In this document: in pieces, positions 21,002 through 29,243 of the stretch
Position numbering within the stretch: the first letter of the stretch is position 1
Layout: each line of letters begins with the position of its first letter
DNA from: Promethearchaeota archaeon
GTDB taxonomy: Archaea; Asgardarchaeota; Lokiarchaeia; Sigyniarchaeales; SOKP01
DNA: 64,000 nucleotides
Direction of reading: 5' to 3'
Assembly: GCA_019058445.1 (NCBI GenBank)
Contig: JAHPZA010000010.1
Span: 416,001 to 480,000, forward strand
Translations under genes and position numbers: made by a program
The notes under the pieces: model-generated
Databases searched by the model: none
Seen by the model: the letters and a program-made list of their open reading frames with translations, nothing else
What the model was told of the DNA's origin: nothing

Positions 21002-21022
21002 AGTTTTCATTGATCGAAAATA
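21002..21022 (+). promoter_or_regulatory. Shared 21-bp promoter motif, copy 4
   Basis: AGTTTTC-ATTGATC-GAAAATA followed by GTTAAAAA. Confidence 0.55.
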
Positions 21023-21083
21023 GTTAAAAATAGAATGAGATTTGAGTTAATCAATGATATTCTAAAATATTTAAGAGGAAAAG

Positions 21084-21623
21084 TTGATAAAAATTATGAA
21101 ATCTTTAAGCGATAAAGAGATAAAAGAACTAATAATCAAATGCTGGATGACGCATGATGGAATGTGGTTTTTACACTGTTTAAGGAAGACTGGAATTAAA
21201 ATGACAAATAAAATAAATAAAGCAGCGTCGCATGGTTTAGGTCTAATAGAGGCCAAACGATTCAAGAAACTATTTGGGATTGAAAATATCAATACTAATA
21301 ATGAATTAAAACATTTTATTGATAAAATATTTGAAATCGTGAAAGCAGATTTCATGAAATTCTCCTATGATTTCTCAAAGCCTAACGTTTTTCACTTTGA
21401 AATGCATCAGTGTTTTGCTCATGATGGAATAACGCGAATTGGAGTAATTGATCAATATCATTGTGGGATATATGATAGAATTGACGGCTGGTTTGAAGGA
21501 TTAGGATTAAAATTTAAAGTGTCTCCTCAAATTAAGGAGTGTTTAAAACATAAAGGACAAAATTGTGTAAGAAAATACACTTTTGATTTTCCAGAATTAA
21601 CAGTGGAACATAAAGTTTCATAA
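21084..21623 (+). CDS. DUF6125-like (V4R-related) protein
   Basis: KCWMTHDGMWF, IEAKR, CFAH.G, Y.CG...RI.GW. Confidence 0.75.
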   Translation: MIKIMKSLSDKEIKELIIKCWMTHDGMWFLHCLRKTGIKMTNKINKAASHGLGLIEAKRFKKLFGIENINTNNELKHFIDKIFEIVKADFMKFSYDFSKPNVFHFEMHQCFAHDGITRIGVIDQYHCGIYDRIDGWFEGLGLKFKVSPQIKECLKHKGQNCVRKYTFDFPELTVEHKVS

Positions 21624-21747
21624 TAAAAAGTTACTTCAGAAAATAGTTATTCTTTATAATAGTCCTAGTAATAGTATTTTTTAATTTATAAACAATCTAA
21701 TAATAAAGTCCATTTCATTTATATTTATTAGAATTTAATACAATAGG

Positions 21748-22257
21748 TTGAAAACTATGCCGATAAAAAGAGGAGATGTAATAAAGGTTTATTATGAAGC
21801 AAGCTATGAGGATGGAACTGTTTTTGATAGTACTGAGATGTGCGGAGGAGAGCCTTTGAAAATTCAGATAGGTGTAGGTCAAGTAATTCATGGATTTGAG
21901 GATGCAATAATCGGTATGGACGTAGGAGAAGAAAAGAATTTTAGCCTGCAACCTACAGAAGCTTATGGAGAATTTAATCCTTTATTAGTGGAAAAAATAG
22001 ATGCGTCGCAGTTTCCCGGGGATATGAGTCTTGAGCATGGAAAACAAATCGAAGTAGTAGGACCAAATGGTATTTCTTCACCAGGGTGGATTCGACTTAT
22101 TGAGAAAGATTTCATCCTTGTAGATATGAACCATCCTTGTGCGGGTAAAGTAATAAATTTTAAAATTAAAGTTGTTGAAACAGGTTTAGAACCTGATCCT
22201 GTTCAGAATCCTTTTAGTTTTGGATTAAGTTGTGATAGTGCATGTGATCACCATTGA
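21748..22257 (+). CDS. slyD: FKBP-type peptidyl-prolyl isomerase (SlyD-like)
   Basis: EDGTVFDS, G.GQVI.GFE, EAYG, DMNHP.AGK. Confidence 0.9.
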   Translation: MKTMPIKRGDVIKVYYEASYEDGTVFDSTEMCGGEPLKIQIGVGQVIHGFEDAIIGMDVGEEKNFSLQPTEAYGEFNPLLVEKIDASQFPGDMSLEHGKQIEVVGPNGISSPGWIRLIEKDFILVDMNHPCAGKVINFKIKVVETGLEPDPVQNPFSFGLSCDSACDHH

Positions 22258-22404
22258 GTATAATAGAACGGAAAAAAACCATTCTATTTCTTTTATGATT
22301 ATACGTTAGTAAATAGAAAAGCTCACGGTATTTAAATGATTCATTTTAAAATGTTTCGCATATTTTTATAATTAAGAATTATCACTACTTTCATGGTGAA
22401 ATAA

Positions 22405-23760
22405 TTGAGTTATAAATTCTCCAAGGAAGAACTCAAGCAATTATTAATTGATTATAATGAGATTGCCTTAAAAGAAGCCAAGATTGAAGTTCCCAAACAA
22501 GCTTGTATTTGGGATGAGACTCTAAGAGATGGGGAGCAAAGTCCTACGGTTTACTTAACTCTCGATGAAAAAATCCACTTAACAAAGATGATGGATGAAA
22601 TTGGGGTGAAATTAATAGCAGTTGGGTTTCCAGCGGTTTCAGAATCAGAGAAAAATATAGTGAAAACAATAATAAAAGAAGAATGTAAAAATGCTACAAT
22701 ACTTTCCATAGCTAGACCTCGAAAAGATGATATTGATGCATGTATTGAGGCTGATGCTGAGGAAATCGTGGTTTTTATGCCAGTATCTCCAATCTTCATG
22801 AAAACTTTGAAATTAACAGAACAAGATCAATTAGATCGAATAAAAGAAGCAATTCATTATGCAAAAGATAATGGACTTAAGGTCAACTGGGTCTCTGAAG
22901 ATGGTACTAGAGCAGAATATAATCATTTAAAAAATGTTTTTTCTACGGCTATAGAGGCAGGAGCAGAAAGAATAGTGATAGGAGACACCGTTGGAGTTTT
23001 GACTCCGCACTCAACTACCTACTTAATTAGGCGATTAAGAGAAGAAGTGATCGAACCTTTAAAGAAAAAAGTATATATGGCCATTCACACTCATAATGAT
23101 TTCGGTCTGGCTGTAGCCAATACAATTACAGGGGTTATTGAAGGTTGTGAGTACCCTCATACGTGTATTAATGGGTATGGTGAGAGAGCAGGAAATGCTG
23201 CTTTAGAAGAAGTAGCAGTTATTTTAGAAAGGTTAGGGATTGAAACTAATATAAAATTAGACAAATTACCAGAGCTTAGTGAAGTGTGTGAAAAGTATTT
23301 TTGTAAACCATTGTCACAATATAAGCCGATTGTTGGAGATTATGCATTTAGCCATGAAAGTGGACTTCATATTGCTGCGATTTTAGCCCATCCATTAACA
23401 TATGAACCTATGAATCCTAAGACTGTTGGACGAAGAAGAAAGTTTTATTTGGGTAAATTTTCAGGCACTAAATCAATTATTCATGCACTACAAAACAAGA
23501 TTAAAGTCTTAGATTTGGATATTCCAGAAGAAATTATAAGAAAGATAGTAAATGAAGTTAAAATTAAGCATGAAACTACTTCAAAGGAAGATCTAAGAAA
23601 ATCCTTTGATATCATTAAAGAGGAATTAAAAAAAATTACTAAAGGTGTTTCAGATAGAGATTTCTTTGAAATAGTCAATAAATACGCTCAACCTTACATT
23701 CCTGAAGGCCATCCTGTGAAACCTAAAGACCAAAAAGCAGCTAAAGATCTTTATCCCTAA
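22405..23760 (+). CDS. Homocitrate/isopropylmalate synthase family (DRE-TIM), no obvious LeuA regulatory domain
   Basis: DETLRDGEQ, HTHNDFGLAVAN, GYGERAGNA, AFSHESGLH. Confidence 0.9.
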   Translation: MSYKFSKEELKQLLIDYNEIALKEAKIEVPKQACIWDETLRDGEQSPTVYLTLDEKIHLTKMMDEIGVKLIAVGFPAVSESEKNIVKTIIKEECKNATILSIARPRKDDIDACIEADAEEIVVFMPVSPIFMKTLKLTEQDQLDRIKEAIHYAKDNGLKVNWVSEDGTRAEYNHLKNVFSTAIEAGAERIVIGDTVGVLTPHSTTYLIRRLREEVIEPLKKKVYMAIHTHNDFGLAVANTITGVIEGCEYPHTCINGYGERAGNAALEEVAVILERLGIETNIKLDKLPELSEVCEKYFCKPLSQYKPIVGDYAFSHESGLHIAAILAHPLTYEPMNPKTVGRRRKFYLGKFSGTKSIIHALQNKIKVLDLDIPEEIIRKIVNEVKIKHETTSKEDLRKSFDIIKEELKKITKGVSDRDFFEIVNKYAQPYIPEGHPVKPKDQKAAKDLYP

Positions 23761-23834
23761 GTTCAATTTTATTGCTATTATTAAATGAACCAACCATAGA
23801 AATTATTTGATTAGAAAAATAATATAAAAAACTT

Positions 23835-25304
23835 TTAATCTAATTGGATTTTTATCTCAGAAATGCGTTTTTTAGTTTGATTTAGATCTTTTTGTAATTT
23901 CTGAGTTTGCTTTTCAAATGTTTTATCGTCTAATTTTCCATCTTCATGCTTCTTTTCTATGAATTTTAGAAGATTTATAACAGAGTTTAATTTACTTTCT
24001 AAGCTCTCTAATTTTGCTTCTAAATCTTCTTTACTTTCTTCTTTTTTTTCAATTTTTGGTGCTACTTTTTTCTCTTCCTTCGACTTTGATTTTTTTTTTG
24101 CCTTTGTATGTTTTTTAGGGTGTTTAGGAGGTTCACTTATTTTAGAGGGGGGGACAGGTACTGATTTAATAAACTCTTTTTCATCAATATCATCATCCCT
24201 TTTCTCTAATTCTGGAGGCTTAGGTGGTAAAGCGGTAAGATTCGAGGGATCTTTACTACTTAAATAATCATATACAGATTCTTCTTCTTCCTGATATGGT
24301 TCATAAATAAAATCAGGATTAGTAGGTGATGCCGTTTCTAAAGCTTGATCTTCTGGTCCACAAAAGATTTCCTCTGCGGATTCTGATATAATTTCTATTA
24401 GTTTATGAATGCTGGTTTTCATAGTATTAATCTGAGTTAAGTAATTTTGTAAAATTTCAATTACTTCAGCTTTGGAAGAAAATGTAATTGATGAGTCTAT
24501 TTTCATTTGAGTCTCAACTTGAGTTGCAGTCTCTACAGTTGATGGTTGCTCTTCGATTGTCTGCACAGGTTTGATGGAAACGGGTAATGTATGTTCTTCT
24601 CCTTGTCTGGTTAATTCCATACGATAATCTGAAATAAGCCAATTAAAGATGTTTAACGTTAAAACATGATGGTCATCATATTGAAACCCACCGCCTGTTT
24701 TATCTCGAAACATTTCATAACTCCCAATTGAACATACTCTTCCTCGGTTTGGTTCTGAAGTACAAATTAATGGACAACTAAATGGTTCAGATGTTTCATT
24801 TGATGTGGCTATAGAAATTGCACTGCCTATCACAGTAAGAGAACATCCTGCTCGATAACAAATGGAAGAAATTCCATTCGTAATGGGATGGGGAGGTATA
24901 AAATTAATTGAAGAAATAATTGGCATATTTTCAATTCCAATATTGTTGATCTCATCTAATACTTGGTCGTTTTCAAAAGCGATTCCAAACTGCTCTGATA
25001 ACTCACTTACGTTGCTATTTCGCCCACGATCGCCGCCCGCATGAGAGAGTAAAAACAAACCACCTCCATCTTCTTTTACCCAATTCACAATTTCCATTAT
25101 TTCAATATGAGAAAATTTAGAAAAGTCGGGACATGCGATTACTAAAATATCAAAGGGTTTTAAAGACTCTTGAGTGACGGGAGTTTCGAGAAAGTTATAA
25201 CACACAAAATCATTATCGATTAAATAATCTCTTATTTCAGTAAAATTTTCATCAAGTTTCGCTCTTTCCTTATGAGAGTTATCAAAGGCAATATAATACG
25301 GCAT
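23835..25304 (-). CDS. GIFT/DUF4350-domain protein resembling the IFT52 N-terminus, with Pro-rich linker and C-terminal coiled coil
   Basis: IAFDNSHKE, DILVIACP...FS..E...I..WV..GGGL, N.......FGI.FEND.V, Y.AGCSL, GRV..IGSYEMF.D, NIFNWL. Confidence 0.7.
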   Translation of the reverse strand: MPYYIAFDNSHKERAKLDENFTEIRDYLIDNDFVCYNFLETPVTQESLKPFDILVIACPDFSKFSHIEIMEIVNWVKEDGGGLFLLSHAGGDRGRNSNVSELSEQFGIAFENDQVLDEINNIGIENMPIISSINFIPPHPITNGISSICYRAGCSLTVIGSAISIATSNETSEPFSCPLICTSEPNRGRVCSIGSYEMFRDKTGGGFQYDDHHVLTLNIFNWLISDYRMELTRQGEEHTLPVSIKPVQTIEEQPSTVETATQVETQMKIDSSITFSSKAEVIEILQNYLTQINTMKTSIHKLIEIISESAEEIFCGPEDQALETASPTNPDFIYEPYQEEEESVYDYLSSKDPSNLTALPPKPPELEKRDDDIDEKEFIKSVPVPPSKISEPPKHPKKHTKAKKKSKSKEEKKVAPKIEKKEESKEDLEAKLESLESKLNSVINLLKFIEKKHEDGKLDDKTFEKQTQKLQKDLNQTKKRISEIKIQLD

Positions 25305-25432
25305 TTTAATCCATATTTATGAATATTCACTAATTTAATAATATAAAGAAATAATAAATATCTATCAGTTAATAATTTGATTAGTTTATAATATAAAGTT
25401 TTACTGAAGTTAATAAAGTATTAGAAAAATAT

Positions 25433-26527
25433 CTAATAAATGGACTTATCACCGATGATTAAATTATCTTTACTAATATTTTCTATTATGACATAACTTC
25501 CTATAATAGAGTTCTCGGAGATTACATTCCTGAGTTCTGCATAATTTTCAATTACACATCCTTCTATAATAGAATTTTCAATAACACAATCCTCACCTAT
25601 TGAACAATGTGGACCAATAACAGAATTTATTATTTTTGTATGGTTGCCAATGTAATTTGGATTTTTAATAAAACTTCTCTCAACTGAGATATTTGGTTTT
25701 AGATAATCTTCATTCATTGTCTGATGTTCTAAAAGAAATTTGTTCCCCTTCAACACTTCAGAGGGTCTTCCAAAGTCTAGGATCCCTTTTTTCAGTTCAA
25801 TAGCGGCGATTTTAAACCCACTATCAACTAAATCTTGTAAACTTTGAGTCATATAGATCTCTTTGGAATTTTCAGTTCTTTGGTCCAAGTATTTTTTTAT
25901 CTTATCAAAAAGGGTTAATGTGGCTGAATGAGAAAAAGCATATATTCCAGCAATAGCTAAATCAGAAACAAAAGTTTTAGGTTTTTCCACTAATTTTGCA
26001 ATAATATTATTTTCATCTGTTATTACAACACCATAAGAACTAGCTTCTTCCTTTGGAACTTTCATCACAGTTATTATTCCATCAACATCAGATTCATGAT
26101 ACCTATACATAACATAAGAATATTCATCAAGTATTATCATATCTCCAAGGAATATGAGAGATCCTTCTCGTTTATCATCTTCCCTACTTTCAAAATCTTT
26201 TTTTTTAAATCGTTTATGGGCTAGATGAACCGCTTCCCCCAATCCCCAATAATATGGTACGTTATCTTTATACCCTCTTGGAATTTGCTCTATAAAGGTT
26301 AATTTAAATTTATCACTATAGTTTTCGTTAATATAATTGATTATCTGTCTTTTCTTATAGCCAACAATAAGAATCAATTCCGTTTCAGAGTCAAATGTAT
26401 TTACAAATCTCGTTAAAATATGATCGAGAACTGTCTTTCCAGCAATGTTGATAAATGCCTTAGGTTTACTTAATGTAAAGGGGCGCAAACGTGAACCTAT
26501 ACCTGCAATCGGACCAATTATTTTCAT
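25433..26527 (-). CDS. Sugar-phosphate nucleotidyltransferase (glucose-1-phosphate thymidylyltransferase-like)
   Basis: AGIGSRLRPFT...PK, YGVV, LVEKP, C-terminal hexapeptide repeats. Confidence 0.9.
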   Translation of the reverse strand: MKIIGPIAGIGSRLRPFTLSKPKAFINIAGKTVLDHILTRFVNTFDSETELILIVGYKKRQIINYINENYSDKFKLTFIEQIPRGYKDNVPYYWGLGEAVHLAHKRFKKKDFESREDDKREGSLIFLGDMIILDEYSYVMYRYHESDVDGIITVMKVPKEEASSYGVVITDENNIIAKLVEKPKTFVSDLAIAGIYAFSHSATLTLFDKIKKYLDQRTENSKEIYMTQSLQDLVDSGFKIAAIELKKGILDFGRPSEVLKGNKFLLEHQTMNEDYLKPNISVERSFIKNPNYIGNHTKIINSVIGPHCSIGEDCVIENSIIEGCVIENYAELRNVISENSIIGSYVIIENISKDNLIIGDKSIY

Positions 26528-26623
26528 TTTTTTGGTTCTTGTATACTACTTTTTCAATGATAAAAGTTAATATAATATTAAAATTAATGTAATTTACTTA
26601 AATTTTCAGATTTTATCTCTAAA

Positions 26624-27400
26624 TTAATAAAATTTCGATTTATCAGAATCAAAGACTCTTTGTAGATAGCCAAATAACAAATCTAGTCCATCTTCTCTTT
26701 TTATTGTACAAGGTATCAACTCTGCAGTTGATCCCATCTGAATAAATACTTCTGATAAATCCATGGACAATTCCCTTATCAATCCACTTTCTCGCTCACT
26801 TGTAGATTCTTCTAATGCTTTGAAGTCTTGCGACCAGTTAATAATCATATCTATCTGGTCATCATCTAGAAGGTCCATCTTAGAAAGTACATTAATTTGA
26901 GAGATTCTTCTAAATCGGAATTGTACGGATGCAGCAAGTAATAAGGTTGATATGAATCCATTTGGCCGAAGTACAAAATTAGAATCAAATAGAAATGAAA
27001 CTGACTTTTGAATATCTCCGAAACCTAAAGAACTTGCGATTAATGGTCCAGTTTCTCTAAAAGCAAACAGTTCTAATTGTCCTGCTGTATCTACTAAAAC
27101 CCAGTCCGGATTAAATTCATCAATTTCATATTTTAAATCATCTAAATAGTTAACCATCAAGTCACTTGCGAGTATCATCCCCCCATTAGGGCCTAATCCA
27201 TATTCTTCCATGATCTCCTCTAAAACAACAAAATCCCGGATATCAATATCTGGAATATAAGGGATTATTCTTACACCAGGATCTAAGTTTACAGTTATGG
27301 CCGAAATTTCGGGATCTCGGTTGATTAGATATTGCTTTAATTCACCTGTAATAGTAGATTTGCCTGAACCTGCTGTACCTATAAAGTAATTAAGTAGAAT
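26624..27400 (-). CDS. GPN-loop GTPase; extends upstream of the ORF call to a probable ATT start
   Basis: Upstream in-frame ILLNYFIGTAGSGKST P-loop, VNLDPG, DIRD, then YGLGPNG, DTAGQLELF; in-frame TAA at 27431-27433. Confidence 0.9.
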   Translation of the reverse strand: MLLNYFIGTAGSGKSTITGELKQYLINRDPEISAITVNLDPGVRIIPYIPDIDIRDFVVLEEIMEEYGLGPNGGMILASDLMVNYLDDLKYEIDEFNPDWVLVDTAGQLELFAFRETGPLIASSLGFGDIQKSVSFLFDSNFVLRPNGFISTLLLAASVQFRFRRISQINVLSKMDLLDDDQIDMIINWSQDFKALEESTSERESGLIRELSMDLSEVFIQMGSTAELIPCTIKREDGLDLLFGYLQRVFDSDKSKFY

Positions 27401-27511
27401 TTTCGGAGACCTCTTTTTAAGATATAGTACTTAATAGTTGTATTTAATCATTTAAGAAATTAAAGATTTAGGATTTAGCTAAAGAAGTGTAATCAAAAAT
27501 AATTTCAATTC

Positions 27512-28468
27512 TTACTGGGGTTTTTTTAGGTTTTCTAATAATAATTCCTTTGGTTGTTCTTTCTCTATCCGTTTAATTTGTCTTTGAATTGCAAGTTCTT
27601 GTTTTTCTTCTAATACATCATCTTCGAGTATTATAAGATTAAGTTCCTCCTCGGTCATAGGTTTTAAGTATTTTCTAAATTCCTCGGGGTCTTGCATTAT
27701 AGATTTTAATTCAGGTAAAAAGGGTGGTAAAGATTGTATAGCGGAATTTGATCGATGTCCACCCTCCCTTTTAATTCTTTCAATTCCTCTCTGTGGAGGG
27801 CCTCTTCGGGGGGGAGACGGTGTTGTATAATTGATACTACCAAGAGATAAATTTTTTAGAGTATAATTAATTGCTTTTAATTGTTCCACCACATTTTTCA
27901 TGACTTCAGTATTTTCACGTATTAAAGACATTATTGGATTGCCATGACAAGTTCCTCTAACTTTATTCTTCTCGTAAATTAAGGTTCCTTTTTCTTTCAA
28001 GTTTTTGAGGTCCTTTTCAAATTTATGATATACCTTCTCTTGAGTTATGGAGGTTTCAGACATATCCTCAGATCTTATTTCTTCATAGCTAAAATTGGTA
28101 TAACAATCTTCATTAATACATATCTCTGATAAAGTGAAAGTGCGTTTTATTGAGTATTCAATTCTCTGACCAGAAAATAAAAAAATGGTTAAATTTAATA
28201 TTTTAATTTGTAATTCGTCTAAATTATTTATCTCACTTAAATCAATAGAAAAAGCCATGAAATCGTTTAAAAAATAAATTGTTTTAATTGAAATTAACTG
28301 TGGTAAATTATTTTGATAAGATTCCCGTTTAAAAGCTTTAGAGATTTCATATCGCAGATTTATTCGCTTTACAGTATCAGGAAGAAAAAGCTGTTTTTCC
28401 TCTGCATGCTTTTTAAATTCTAAAAACAGATTTAGTTCGTCGTCAAAAAAGACTTGGAACAATTGCAT
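27512..28468 (-). CDS. Hypothetical protein with coiled coil, Pro-rich segment and charged C-terminus
   Basis: 318-aa ORF with GAGGT SD; PSPPRRGPP segment. Confidence 0.6.
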   Translation of the reverse strand: MQLFQVFFDDELNLFLEFKKHAEEKQLFLPDTVKRINLRYEISKAFKRESYQNNLPQLISIKTIYFLNDFMAFSIDLSEINNLDELQIKILNLTIFLFSGQRIEYSIKRTFTLSEICINEDCYTNFSYEEIRSEDMSETSITQEKVYHKFEKDLKNLKEKGTLIYEKNKVRGTCHGNPIMSLIRENTEVMKNVVEQLKAINYTLKNLSLGSINYTTPSPPRRGPPQRGIERIKREGGHRSNSAIQSLPPFLPELKSIMQDPEEFRKYLKPMTEEELNLIILEDDVLEEKQELAIQRQIKRIEKEQPKELLLENLKKPQ

Positions 28469-28629
28469 TTTTATATGAAACCTCGCTTTAATATTTAACT
28501 TTTAATATTAGAGTACTCTCTATTAACATTCCCTCTTTCAAATTTAAAATAAAAAGACTTCTAAGAATTAATAATTTTTAATAAGATGGTTAAGAAGAAG
28601 AATGAGTGATACTATAAAAAAAAAAAAAA

Positions 28630-29028
28630 TTACTTTTGTTTTTTTAAATCCGATAAATAATAAATTGGTTTTTTTAATTTTTGTGTAAAATATTTGATTT
28701 CTTCTTGAGTTTGGTCTCCAATATACCCATCTACATCTAAAACAAGAATAGCTTCTTGATCACTCAATTTCTTAAGGGCGATTTGTTGCAATTTATCCCA
28801 TTCTTCTGTTGAAAATAAATCTTTATTTAATATACCATCAATAGAACAAACTGATACTATTTTACTAAAAATTATTTGAAGGATTGATTCAGTTTTAATA
28901 AAATAATCTTTTGCTTTAGTAATAGAACCTACCAAGAATATTTTATCTTCTTTTATAACAGAAAAATCATAGTTTTTAAAATCCTCAATAAATTCATTAT
29001 TTAAACGCATTTTTATTTTTGTTAACAA
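28630..29028 (-). CDS. Nucleoside 2-deoxyribosyltransferase-like protein
   Basis: IFLVGS, KKL....AILVL..DGYIG..T.EEI.Y.....KPIYYL. Confidence 0.6.
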   Translation of the reverse strand: MLTKIKMRLNNEFIEDFKNYDFSVIKEDKIFLVGSITKAKDYFIKTESILQIIFSKIVSVCSIDGILNKDLFSTEEWDKLQQIALKKLSDQEAILVLDVDGYIGDQTQEEIKYFTQKLKKPIYYLSDLKKQK

Positions 29029-29243
29029 TTACCAATTTGATATATAAATGTAAAAAATATGTCTTATTCATTAAATTTTTTTAGGAAATTGTTCTAGTTC
29101 TCTTTGCTAGGAGATTTATTATTAAGTAATACCATGATATCACGATATTTTATAGAAAAATTTTTAAGATCATTTTGCGTAAGTGAATTTTTTCACATCT
29201 CAAACAAATAAAATTGTTAAAATTAGATAATTAAAAGTCCAAA

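Noticed and set aside
9250-22257. Further selenoproteins among TGA-terminated ORFs (9250-9456, 18307-18675, 21748-22257)
   Set aside because: The stops fall at natural C-termini, readthrough adds little or nothing recognisable, and no SECIS-like hairpin was seen
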